The notes beneath the pieces are model-generated. The model had not been told where the DNA came from. It did not search any database and was given only the letters and a program-made list of their open reading frames with translations. Of a stretch of DNA of 64,000 nt, positions 1 to 9,445 are shown in pieces. The stretch is from an uncultured Gemmatimonadales bacterium (GTDB lineage Bacteria > Gemmatimonadota > Gemmatimonadetes > Gemmatimonadales > GWC2-71-9). Position numbers and translations under genes: made by a program. The stretch spans positions 480,001 to 544,000 of the forward strand of contig CAVZZO010000001.1 of the NCBI GenBank assembly GCA_963779755.1, given 5' to 3'. Within the stretch, counting starts at the first letter, position 1, and every line of letters begins with the position of its first letter.

Positions 1-885
1 TCGTGGGTGGCCCCGGGCGTTCCGCCCCGTGCCGTGGGGCCGTCGGCCGGCGAGTACCAGGCCCTGCGGCTTTCCCCCGATGAACGCCGCATCGCCGTGG
101 TGACTGGCGACCATGGTCAGAGCGATATCTGGATCGAAGACCTGTCGCTGGGCACCTTTTCCAGGCTGACGACGGTCAATACCGTCACCTCCGTTTCGTG
201 GACTCCGGACGGATCCGACGTTCTCTATTTCTCGACCGGCGAAACCGGGAACACGCTGTGGCGGCAGCGGGCATCCGGCGGGGTTGCGCCGGAGAAGCTC
301 GTCGACCTGCCCTTCGCTGCCGGGGGGGCAGTCATGTCGCCGGACGGCCGCTCGGTGCTGCTCTCGGTGATTCCCGGAGACGTATGGAGCCTGCAGCGCC
401 TGGTACTGGACTCGACCCCGGCGGTGCACGATTACCTTGTGTCCCACGCCAGCTTCCACGCGCCGGAGTTCTCTCCCGACGGAAAATGGGTCGCCCTGGT
501 GGATGACGAGTCGGGGCAGGACGAGGTCTATCTCCGGTCCTATCCCGATCCTTCCACCAAGCTCCAGGTTTCCGTCGGCGGCGGCGTGGCCCCGATGTGG
601 TCGGCCGATGGCACCCGGCTCTACTATCTGAGCGGTTCGGCGCTCGTCGAGGCGCGCCTGGCGACCCGGCCCGTCATCACATTGCTCGGCCGCGACACGC
701 TCATGGCCTCCTTTCCCAGCACCGGGCTCGATGCACAGTTCTTTTCGGCCCTCTATCAGCCGACCCGCGATGGCCGGCGTTTCCTGACGGCGATTCCCGA
801 GCAGAACGACTACCAGCTGGTAGTTTCGCCCAACTGGCTTACGGAGTTCCGGCGCCGGGTGGCCGAAAGCGGCGGAGCCAGATGA
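1..885 (+). CDS. C-terminal TolB/PD40-like beta-propeller part of a membrane Ser/Thr kinase (5' end outside window)
   Basis: Frame open from base 1; repeated SPDG/TPDG blades; ending LVVSPNWLTEFRRR matches the C-terminal motif of the downstream kinase paralogues. Confidence 0.85.
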   Translation, partial: SWVAPGVPPRAVGPSAGEYQALRLSPDERRIAVVTGDHGQSDIWIEDLSLGTFSRLTTVNTVTSVSWTPDGSDVLYFSTGETGNTLWRQRASGGVAPEKLVDLPFAAGGAVMSPDGRSVLLSVIPGDVWSLQRLVLDSTPAVHDYLVSHASFHAPEFSPDGKWVALVDDESGQDEVYLRSYPDPSTKLQVSVGGGVAPMWSADGTRLYYLSGSALVEARLATRPVITLLGRDTLMASFPSTGLDAQFFSALYQPTRDGRRFLTAIPEQNDYQLVVSPNWLTEFRRRVAESGGAR

Positions 886-940
886 TGCTCGACCGTCTTG
901 CGGCCGCCCCTGCGGCACACGCGTCTCGGAGATTGACCTG

Positions 941-3574
941 ATGACCCTTGACCGCCTCAGGGCAAGCCTGGCCGAGCGCTACCGCCTGGAGCGCGAGCTG
1001 GGCCAGGGCGGCATGGCCACCGTCTATCTGGCGGAGGACCTGAAGCACGGCCGCAAGGTGGCCATCAAGGTGCTGCGTCCGGAGCTGGCGTCGGTTATTG
1101 GCCCCGCCCGGTTCCTGGCCGAGATCAGGACCACGGCCAGCCTGCAGCACCCGCACATCCTCCCGCTGCATGATTCGGGTGAAGTGAACGGCACCGTGTT
1201 CTACGTGATGCCCTTTGTGGAAGGCGAATCGCTGCGGGACCGGCTGGAGCGGGAGAAACAGCTTCCGGTCCCGGATGCAATCCGGGTCGCCGCCGAAGTG
1301 GCGAGCGCGCTGGACTACGCCCACCGGCATGGGGTGGTGCATCGCGACATCAAGCCGGAGAACATCCTGCTGCATGACGGGCAGGCGCTGGTGGCGGATT
1401 TCGGCATCGCGCTCGCCGCCAGCAACGCGGGCGGCACCCGGATGACCAAAACGGGCATGACCCTGGGGACGCCGCAATACATGAGCCCGGAGCAGGCGAT
1501 GGGCGAGCGGGAGATCACGGCCCGCTCCGACGTCTATGCTCTGGGGGCTCTGACCTACGAGATGCTGGTGGGCGAGCCGCCGTTCACCGCGCCGACGGCC
1601 CAAGCCCTGGTGGCCCGGGTGGTGACCGAGACGCCCGTCTCTCCCCGGGCGCAGCGGCCGACCATCCCCCTGCCGGTCGATGCGGCGGTGCTGACCGCGC
1701 TGGAGAAGCTGCCGGCCGACCGGTTTCAGTCCGCCGCCGCCTTTGCGGCCGCCCTGCAATCTCCCGCGGTTCCGTCCGCCCAGCGCCGTTTCTTCCGACG
1801 GCGACCGGCCGGGATCGCGGTGGCCGTTCTCCTCCTGGTCGGTATCGCCGGTTTCATCCTGGGGCTCGCAGGGGGGAGCCGCGGGAAGACGCCGTCGTTC
1901 TTCGTCGGCCCCATGACCAAGGTGACCTGGGATGACGGCCTGGAAGTCTTTCCGGCCCTTGCTCCCGACGGGCGCAGCGTGGCTTTCGCCTCGGGCACCA
2001 GTATCCGGATGCGCGTCTACGTCCGCCAGGTGAGCGGGGGGCGCGAGATCCGGATCACCGACGACAGCACCACGGTGGAGTGGGATCCGCAATGGTCGCC
2101 CGACGGCAGCCGGGTGCTCTTCGTCACGACCGCCGGCGTCTTCAGCGCGCCCGCGGGCGGCGGGGCTGCCCGACAGGAGGTCGCGGGCGATCGGGGCCTG
2201 ATCACCAGCGCCACCTGGTCGCCGGACGGCAGGCGCATCGCCTTCTCGGCCGGCGACTCCGTGTTCGTGCGCGAGGCCGATGGCACCGTCCACCAACTGG
2301 CCTGGATGGACCAGCCCGCCATGTGCCGATGGGGCGGGAAGGATCTCCTGGCCTGCGCCGCCGGCAACCCGAACTACACCATGCCGGGTACCGTTTTCGG
2401 CAATCTGGGCCCCAGCCGTATTGTCGTCGTGCGCGCCTCGGACGGCGCGGTGCATACGGTGACCGACACCAGCGCGATGAACCAGTCGCCTGCCTGGCTG
2501 GCGGGAGGATGGCTGCTCTACCTCTCCAACCGCGACGGGCCCGCCGATATCTATGCCCTCCGGGTCACCGGGGATGGCGCGGTCGGCACTGGCCCGATCC
2601 GCCTGACCGCGGGCCTCGGCGTGTCGGCCTTCTCCACGTCCGCCGACGGGACGCGGCTGGCCTACGCCTCCGGCACCACGACGGCCAATGTCTGGTCGCT
2701 GCCGATCCCGGCACACCCTCCGGCCTCGGCGCGAGAGGCGACGCAGGTGACGCGCGGCCGGCAACTGGTGGAGAGTATTTCGATTTCCCGGGACGGGCGC
2801 TGGCTGCTCTACGATTCCGATGTCGCGGGCGACGTCAACATCTACCGGATGAGGTTACCCGACGGCGTGCCGGAGCAACTCACCTTCTCCGCGGGAGACG
2901 AATTCGCGCCCGACCTTTCCCCCGACAACCGCGTGCTGGCCTATCATGCCTGGGAAGGGACGTCCCGGGAGGTTTCCTTGCGACCGCTCGATGGCAGCGC
3001 AACGACCCGGCTGACCTCCACGGTCCAGCAAGAGGCGCGGCCCCGCTGGTCTCCCGACGGCCGGGCGCTGGCCTGGTATGATATGTCGCTGACCGGCGGC
3101 CTGTGGGTAAGCCGGCGGGATGACGTTGGGCACTGGACCGCCCGGCGACGGCTCAACCGCGGCTACTGGGCCGCATGGTCGCCGGACGGCGCCTTGCTCT
3201 CCTTCTCGACCGTGGTCGCCGGCGGGCGGCCCATGGTGATCCCGGTGGACTCGGGAGCCCCGCGGGACCTCATGCCGGGATCGGACTGGCCCCAGGTCAC
3301 CACGTCGGGCTGGAGTCCCGACGGACGCACGGTGTACTTCAAGGGCGTCGACTCGACCGGAGCGGCCGGGATCTGGGCCTTGCCGCGCGGCGGTGGAGTC
3401 CCGGTCCTGATGGCCAGGCTGGATGACCCCGCGCTGGTGGCCGAGCGCCACACCTTCGCGGTCGGCGCGGGCCGTTTCTTCTTCAGTCTCTACGACCGGC
3501 AGAGTGATATCTGGCTGATGGAACTGCAGCGGCCGGGTGGCGTTATCCCGAAGTCGCGACAAGGAGCCCAATGA
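941..3574 (+). CDS. Hanks-type Ser/Thr kinase with TM helix and PD40/TolB-like propeller
   Basis: GQGGMATVY, VAIKVL, HRDIKPEN, DFG, GTPQYMSPEQ motifs; hydrophobic IAVAVLLLVGIAGFILGL; many WSPDG repeats; GGAGA RBS. Confidence 0.95.
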   Translation: MTLDRLRASLAERYRLERELGQGGMATVYLAEDLKHGRKVAIKVLRPELASVIGPARFLAEIRTTASLQHPHILPLHDSGEVNGTVFYVMPFVEGESLRDRLEREKQLPVPDAIRVAAEVASALDYAHRHGVVHRDIKPENILLHDGQALVADFGIALAASNAGGTRMTKTGMTLGTPQYMSPEQAMGEREITARSDVYALGALTYEMLVGEPPFTAPTAQALVARVVTETPVSPRAQRPTIPLPVDAAVLTALEKLPADRFQSAAAFAAALQSPAVPSAQRRFFRRRPAGIAVAVLLLVGIAGFILGLAGGSRGKTPSFFVGPMTKVTWDDGLEVFPALAPDGRSVAFASGTSIRMRVYVRQVSGGREIRITDDSTTVEWDPQWSPDGSRVLFVTTAGVFSAPAGGGAARQEVAGDRGLITSATWSPDGRRIAFSAGDSVFVREADGTVHQLAWMDQPAMCRWGGKDLLACAAGNPNYTMPGTVFGNLGPSRIVVVRASDGAVHTVTDTSAMNQSPAWLAGGWLLYLSNRDGPADIYALRVTGDGAVGTGPIRLTAGLGVSAFSTSADGTRLAYASGTTTANVWSLPIPAHPPASAREATQVTRGRQLVESISISRDGRWLLYDSDVAGDVNIYRMRLPDGVPEQLTFSAGDEFAPDLSPDNRVLAYHAWEGTSREVSLRPLDGSATTRLTSTVQQEARPRWSPDGRALAWYDMSLTGGLWVSRRDDVGHWTARRRLNRGYWAAWSPDGALLSFSTVVAGGRPMVIPVDSGAPRDLMPGSDWPQVTTSGWSPDGRTVYFKGVDSTGAAGIWALPRGGGVPVLMARLDDPALVAERHTFAVGAGRFFFSLYDRQSDIWLMELQRPGGVIPKSRQGAQ

Positions 3575-3688
3575 CGCCAGTCCTGCAAGTCTTGGAGGTC
3601 GGCCGCAGATCGGGGGAGACCCGCCAGGCAAGAGTGGAAAGGACCGAGAACGGGCGCGAGATCAAGGGTATCGACTGAGGATTGAGGA

Positions 3689-3781
3689 TTGGGGAGCGAG
3701 GAGACCAAGGCGGCCACTGAAGGGCATCTGATCGTGGTGGAAAATTTCTTCGAGGTGCTGCGGGAGTGGCTTCACCTGTAG
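3689..3781 (+). pseudogene. Orphan C-terminal tail of a kinase-propeller gene
   Basis: Translates as ...EGHLIVVENFFEVLREWLHL*, matching the paralogue endings LIVVENWLTELRQRL and LIVAENWFAEL. Confidence 0.7.
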
Positions 3782-3795
3782 AGGCGGAAGGACGG

Positions 3796-4855
3796 ATGAC
3801 CGGGCGGATCTGGCGACGGGTCGCGAGGCTCCGGCGCGCCAGCGTTCCGGCTCTGTGTCTGGTGCCGGCCTGCCTTTTGGCGCAGGCTCAGCCCCCCGGC
3901 CGGCCCCCGCCCGGCCCGATTACCCGGAATGCCTGGGAGCGGATCCGGTTCCGGCACCTCACCATCGCCGACGGCCTGTCGCAGAACGCGGTCCAGGCGA
4001 TCGCGCAGGACCGGCGCGGGTTTCTCTGGTTCGGCACCAAGGACGGGCTGGACCGCTACGACGGGTATGAGTTTCTCATCTTCCGGCACGATGCCGGCGA
4101 CTCCTTATCGCTTTCCAACAGTTCGGTCCGATCCCTGCTGGCGGACAGCCTGGGACAGCTCTGGATCGGTACCGAAGGCGGCCTCAGCCGGTACGACCCT
4201 GTTCGTCAGACCTTTCGTCGGTATCCCGGTGGGCCCACGCGGCCTATCATCAGCCTGGCGGAGGGAGCCGGTGGAGACCTCTGGATTGGTACCGAAGGCG
4301 GAGGGCTCTACCAGCTCCCCGCAGGGAAACGGGGGGAACGAGCAGCCGCGCTTCAGGCATTACACCTACCGTGCGGGCGACCCGGGGAGCCTGAGCGGCG
4401 ACACGGTGCACGTCATTCTCGTGGACCGCCGGGGGACGCTCTGGGTGGGCACGAACTCGGCGCTCGACCACCTGGAACCCTCCACTTCCGACTCCGCGGT
4501 CCTCCGCCATAAGCGGGACCTCCCCGGCGCAGGCGTGTACGCGCTGCACCAGGATTCGTTGGGCCGCCTCTGGGTCGGTCTGCGAGACGGCTTCTGTGTC
4601 CTGGACAGCAACGGGCGGCGGATGGTCCAGCGGTTCTCGCCGGCACAGACTGCCGATTGGGGCGTCGTGCGGGGCTTCGCCGAGGATGCTGACGGCCGGA
4701 TCTGGTCGGCCGGCGCCGGCCCGGTCGGCACCATCGCCTATTCCGTAGGGTTCAAGAGCGTGTCCCACTTCTCCAACCGATTCCAGGATCGCTTCGGCGT
4801 CCGCCCTTCGGTCTACCGGGCGGAGTACGCGGGGGGAGGGACCCGCCGCCCCTGA
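3796..4855 (+). pseudogene. Internally deleted, frameshifted hybrid two-component sensor (Reg_prop propeller N-terminus joined to an AraC HTH C-terminus)
   Basis: RFRHLTIADGLSQNAVQAIAQDRRGFLWFGTKDGLDRYDG and LWIGT repeats; frame change at G-run 4331-4336; ends IAYSVGFKSVSHFSNRFQDRFGVRPSVYR; no His-kinase or receiver domain between. Confidence 0.8.
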
Positions 4856-5041
4856 AGACCGGCCCACCTCCCCGCCGTCTCTTCCCGTTGTCTCCAGGTC
4901 ACAGGTGACCTCCACGCTACGACCCATGACCCCGGCGTTACCACCCGGGGACGCCCTTCTCCCACCGTCCTCCTGACCGGTACCCGGACCTCCCGGGAAC
5001 CCCCGCCTAACCGTTGGAGGACTCACCATGAGCACCAGCGT

Positions 5042-5419
5042 GTGCCCCCACTGACCGTGTTGGTGGCGGACGATGATGCCGACATGCGGCGGTATCTGCG
5101 CGGTTGCCTGCTCGGGCTGGCAACGGGAGTAGATCGCGTGCTGGAGGCAAGCGACGGTCTGGAAGCCCTGACCCTGGTGCGATCGGGTCTGGTTCAGCTG
5201 CTCCTCACCGACATCGCCATGCCGGGGATGGACGGCTGGGAGCTGTGCCGCCTCGTCAAAGCGGATGCCGGGCTCCGGCACGTGAGCGTCCTGCTGATGA
5301 GCGGCGCCGAGTATCAGCTGTCAGGGAGAGCCGGGGAGGATGGTGTTCTGGTCAAGCCGTTTAACGCGCAGCAACTCACCCAGGTGGTACAGCAGCTTCT
5401 GAACAGCCGGGAGGCCTGA
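5042..5419 (+). CDS. Stand-alone response regulator receiver (CheY-like)
   Basis: VLVADDD, LLLTDIAMPGMDG, LMSG, KPF motifs. Start uncertain: the GGAGG-preceded ATG at 5028 is out of frame. Confidence 0.85.
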   Translation: MPPLTVLVADDDADMRRYLRGCLLGLATGVDRVLEASDGLEALTLVRSGLVQLLLTDIAMPGMDGWELCRLVKADAGLRHVSVLLMSGAEYQLSGRAGEDGVLVKPFNAQQLTQVVQQLLNSREA

Positions 5420-5420
5420 A

Positions 5421-6542
5421 ATGAAACGCATCTGGCTGGGACTGCTCCTCCTGTTTGCGGGGGTGGCGTTGTTTCTGGGCTTCAAGGGCGCCGTGACCGC
5501 CGGCAGCTCCATTACCCGGACCTATTATATCGCCGCCGACACGATCGATTGGAATTATGTCCCCGCCGACAGCGATCTCACCTTCGGCAAGCCGCTGCGG
5601 AAGGAAGGTTTCGCGATCGACAACGCGCCGCCGGTAATGGCCACGACATTCCGGAAGGCGGTGTATCGCGAATACACCGACAGCAGCTTCACAACCCGGA
5701 AGCCCCGTCCGCCCAAGTGGCAGCAGCTCGGCATCCTGGGGCCGGTGCTGCGCGGAGCGGTGGGCGATACCATCGTCGTAGTCTTCCGCAACAACACGAG
5801 CTTCCCTGCGAGTATGCATCCGCACGGCGTGTTCTACGACGAGGCCGACGAGGAGGCGCTCTACAACGACGGCACGTCGGGGCCGGATAAGCTGGACGAT
5901 TCGGTGCCCCCGGGGGGGACGCATCGCTATGTCTGGCCCATCCCCGAACGCGCCGGCGATCCCTGGAGCTGGTACGTTTACAGCGCGGAGACCGGCGAGC
6001 ACGCCGGCAGCTATCTGGTTCGCTCGGGAGGGCACAAGTGGGCGGACCTGGATGCCTATGATGCCGGATTCGGCCCCAAGGGCAGCGCCCGTTTCAACGC
6101 CGATGTGGGGCCGCTGCTGGCATCCTGGACCAGCTATATCCAGCAGGACGACACCACAGAGCGGCATCTGCCGGACAGCGCCAACGGATACAACATGGTT
6201 ACGCTAATCACCTATCATCTCAAGCCCGACAAGTGGCGCACATTCGAGGCCTCCGTGAAGGCAGTGGACCAGGTCATCGCCAAGCACGATTACCCGGTCC
6301 GCTATGCCTGGTATAGCATCGCCAATGGCGGCAGAGGGCCGGTCCGGGGACTGGCCATCTTCCACCAGGACTGGGCCAGCTTCAAGGAGCCCGATCCCAA
6401 CCTCGTGCAGACCATCACCCAGGAATACGGATCGGACCTGGCCGAGCACATCCTGCAGGACTTCAGCGGGAGCTACTACGGGGTCGAATCGGAGGTCCTG
6501 AGGTTTCGGCCGGAACTTTCGGTGCAGCATTCGGGACAGTGA
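5421..6542 (+). CDS. Secreted chimeric protein: first cupredoxin domain of a ceruloplasmin-like multicopper oxidase fused to an unrelated C-terminal region
   Basis: Signal peptide; TRTYYIAA, KAVYREYTD, LGILGPVLRGAVGDTI, SMHPHG, VPPGGTHRYVW; similarity stops after PERAG, before the expected WxYHSH. Confidence 0.75.
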   Translation: MKRIWLGLLLLFAGVALFLGFKGAVTAGSSITRTYYIAADTIDWNYVPADSDLTFGKPLRKEGFAIDNAPPVMATTFRKAVYREYTDSSFTTRKPRPPKWQQLGILGPVLRGAVGDTIVVVFRNNTSFPASMHPHGVFYDEADEEALYNDGTSGPDKLDDSVPPGGTHRYVWPIPERAGDPWSWYVYSAETGEHAGSYLVRSGGHKWADLDAYDAGFGPKGSARFNADVGPLLASWTSYIQQDDTTERHLPDSANGYNMVTLITYHLKPDKWRTFEASVKAVDQVIAKHDYPVRYAWYSIANGGRGPVRGLAIFHQDWASFKEPDPNLVQTITQEYGSDLAEHILQDFSGSYYGVESEVLRFRPELSVQHSGQ

Positions 6543-6550
6543 GGCAGGCG

Positions 6551-6574
6551 GCGCCGGGCCCTGGGGCCCGGCGC
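6551..6574. terminator. GC-rich stem-loop after the oxidase-like gene
   Basis: GCGCCGGGCC-CTGG-GGCCCGGCGC inverted repeat; no U-tract. Confidence 0.4.
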
Positions 6575-6669
6575 GCGTCACTCTCGCGCCGGAGGGTACG
6601 ACCCCCTAGCTTGAAGCCATCCTTCTTCATTCCTGCCTGCCAACTGGCTTCACCCCCCGCGGAGGCCTC

Positions 6670-9381
6670 ATGGCCGATGTGCTGACCAGTCTCCAGTCCG
6701 CCCTGGCCGACCGCTACCTGATCGAGCGGGAGTTGGGCCAGGGCGGCATGGCCACGGTATATCTCGCGCACGACCTGCGTCACGACCGCAAGGTGGCGCT
6801 CAAGGTGCTGCGGCCGGAGCTGGCTGCTATCCTGGGCGGGGAGCGCTTCCTGGCCGAGATCAAGACCACAGCCAATCTGCAGCATCCGCACATCCTGAGC
6901 CTGTTCGATTCGGGCGAGGCGGGCGGCATGGTGTACTACGTCATGCCGTTCGTGGAGGGCGAGAGCGTGCGCGACCGGTTGCAGCGGGAGCGTCAATTGC
7001 CGGTGGAGGTCGCCGTACGGCTCGCGATCGAAGTGGCCGACGCCCTGGCCTATGCGCACGAGCACGGCATCGTGCACCGGGACATCAAGCCGGAGAACAT
7101 CCTGCTCCACGGCGGCCATGCCCTGGTGGCCGATTTCGGCATCGCCCTGGCCGCCAGCCGGTCCGACGGGGGCACCCGCATGACCGAGACCGGTATGAGC
7201 CTGGGCACGCCGCACTACATGGCCCCGGAGCAGGCCATGGGCGAGCGCGAGATCACGCCCCGGGCGGATGTGTACGCGCTGGGTTGCGTGTTGTATGAAA
7301 TGCTGGTGGGCGAGCCGCCGTTCAACGGGCCGACGGCGCAGGCCATCATTGCGCGGGTCATGACCGAACAGCCGCGCTCCCTGGTACTCCAGCGGCATAC
7401 GGTGCCGCCGGAAATCGAGGCGGTGGTGAACCGGGCGCTGGAGAAGCTGCCGGCCGACCGGTTTGCATCGGCTGCTGATTTCCGGGACGCGCTGGCCAAC
7501 CCCGCTGCGTTTACCCGTTCCGCTCCCACCGGCACGGCGGCATTCCGGGCGGTCGCGGCACCGGGAGGGCGGGACTGGCGCAGCCGCGTGGCCATTCCCG
7601 CACTGGTCGCCGCGCTGGTGCTGGGAGCCGCGGCGGTCTGGGCCTTCCTCCGGCCGCATCCGCCGGCGCCGGTCTCCCGCTATGGCCTGGCGCTGCCCTC
7701 CAGGTTGTCTGTGTCCAACGCGACTCGGCTCGCGATTTCGCCGGACGGCTCGCACCTGGTCTTCACGGCGCGGTCGGTGGGATTACCGGTCGGCCAGCTG
7801 TATCTCCGCGCCAGAGACAGCGAGCAGGCTATCGCGCTGCCCGGCACGCTGGGCGCCGGGAGCGCCACCTTCTCCCCCGACGGCCGCTGGATTGCGTTCA
7901 CGCTGACCGACGGCACGCTGAGGAAGCAGGCCGTCAGCGGCGGCGCGGCTATCCTGGTGGCCGATTCGGTCTCCATCCCCGAAACGGTTGCCTGGCTCGA
8001 CGATGGGACCATCGTCTATACCGGTCATCAGGGCCGCGGCTTATGGCGTACGTCCGCCGTAGATCGCGGCACCCCCCGGCCCGTGTGGCCGGCGGATTCC
8101 GGCCTGGTGGGCGAGGTGAGCAGCCTGCCCGGTTCGCGCGGCGTCTTCTTCGTTCGGTGCAATGGGAGCGGATGCGCCAGTGGAATCGTGGACCTCTGGG
8201 TACTGGACCTGGCGTCGGGGACCGCCCGGGAGGTCATGCCGGGCGCGCTGCTCGGGCGATACCTCGACACCGGGCACGTACTGTTCGTGCGAACTGACGG
8301 GGCGGCCCTCGTGATGCCTTTCGATCTGAAGCATCTGCGCGCGAGCGGCTCGCCGGTGCCCGTGCTGGACAGCATCGCGATCCGGCCAGGCGGCTACGCT
8401 CAGCTGGACGTGTCGCGCCAGGGCATGCTGGTGATGTTGCGGGGCTCGAGACAGGGGGAGCAGGAGCAGCTCCTCTGGGTGGACCGCTCGGGCAAGACTG
8501 ATCCGGTGGATTCGGCGCGCGTCCAGCTGACGGGAAACGGCAACGCCGGCTGGTCCTTCTCTCCGGACGGCCGGCGGCTCGCTATCAGCCTGCAGGATGC
8601 GGCCGGGGCGGCCATCTGGGTGAAGCAGCTCCCGGACGGCCCCTTGTCGCGCGTGACCTTCGACAGCACGCTGGCCTTCCGCCCCCGGTGGATGGCCGAC
8701 GGGAGGACGCTGAGCTATATCGGCGGGTCGGACTCCGGCCTGGCACTTTACTCGGTGCCTGCCGACGGTACCGGCAGGTCCCGGCTGCTGATGCGGACCG
8801 CGGGCGATCTGTACGAGGGGGCACAGAGCCCGGATGGCCGCTGGATTGTGGTGCGCACCGCCGGTGGTGTCGGCCGGGTAGGCCGGGACATCCTGGGATA
8901 CCGCAAGGGCGATACGGCCGCGGTCCCGCTCATGGCCAACCCCGCGTACGACGAATCCGCCTTTGCCGTCAGCCCGGACAGCAGGTGGATCGCGTACGAG
9001 TCAGACGAGACCGGCCGCCGGGAGGTGTACCTGCGGCCCTTCCCGGCTACCGATGGGGGAAAGTGGCAGGTATCGACCAGCGGCGGCATGGCCCCGGTCT
9101 GGGCCCGGACCGGGCGCGAGCTCTTCTTCGTGGACGGACAACGGCGAATGACGGCCGTGTCGGTGGCGGGCGGCCCGGCTCCGGAACTCGGAGGACGCAA
9201 GACGCTGTTCACCCTGTCACCTGATGACTATCTCGACGATAACACCTACTACGCGCCCTTTGATGTCGGCCCGGACGGGCGCTTCATCATGGCCCGCCAG
9301 GTCCGTGTGGACGCTGATACACCGCCGCTCATCGTGGTGGAGAACTGGCTGACGGAGCTGCGGCAGCGGCTGGCGAAGTAG
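6670..9381 (+). CDS. Ser/Thr kinase - TM - beta-propeller
   Basis: GGAGG RBS; full kinase motifs; TM VAIPALVAALVLGAAAVWAFL; SPDG repeats. Confidence 0.95.
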   Translation: MADVLTSLQSALADRYLIERELGQGGMATVYLAHDLRHDRKVALKVLRPELAAILGGERFLAEIKTTANLQHPHILSLFDSGEAGGMVYYVMPFVEGESVRDRLQRERQLPVEVAVRLAIEVADALAYAHEHGIVHRDIKPENILLHGGHALVADFGIALAASRSDGGTRMTETGMSLGTPHYMAPEQAMGEREITPRADVYALGCVLYEMLVGEPPFNGPTAQAIIARVMTEQPRSLVLQRHTVPPEIEAVVNRALEKLPADRFASAADFRDALANPAAFTRSAPTGTAAFRAVAAPGGRDWRSRVAIPALVAALVLGAAAVWAFLRPHPPAPVSRYGLALPSRLSVSNATRLAISPDGSHLVFTARSVGLPVGQLYLRARDSEQAIALPGTLGAGSATFSPDGRWIAFTLTDGTLRKQAVSGGAAILVADSVSIPETVAWLDDGTIVYTGHQGRGLWRTSAVDRGTPRPVWPADSGLVGEVSSLPGSRGVFFVRCNGSGCASGIVDLWVLDLASGTAREVMPGALLGRYLDTGHVLFVRTDGAALVMPFDLKHLRASGSPVPVLDSIAIRPGGYAQLDVSRQGMLVMLRGSRQGEQEQLLWVDRSGKTDPVDSARVQLTGNGNAGWSFSPDGRRLAISLQDAAGAAIWVKQLPDGPLSRVTFDSTLAFRPRWMADGRTLSYIGGSDSGLALYSVPADGTGRSRLLMRTAGDLYEGAQSPDGRWIVVRTAGGVGRVGRDILGYRKGDTAAVPLMANPAYDESAFAVSPDSRWIAYESDETGRREVYLRPFPATDGGKWQVSTSGGMAPVWARTGRELFFVDGQRRMTAVSVAGGPAPELGGRKTLFTLSPDDYLDDNTYYAPFDVGPDGRFIMARQVRVDADTPPLIVVENWLTELRQRLAK

Positions 9382-9445
9382 AAACCGGATAACCTCGCCG
9401 GCCGGCGCGCGCACCTTGCCGTCCTGCCCGTCCTGAGGAGCTCGT

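Noticed and set aside
3571..3678. 35-aa ORF MTPVLQVLEV... with an AAGGAG RBS overlapping the kinase stop
   Set aside because: Too short and no recognisable motif; could be a remnant but I cannot support it
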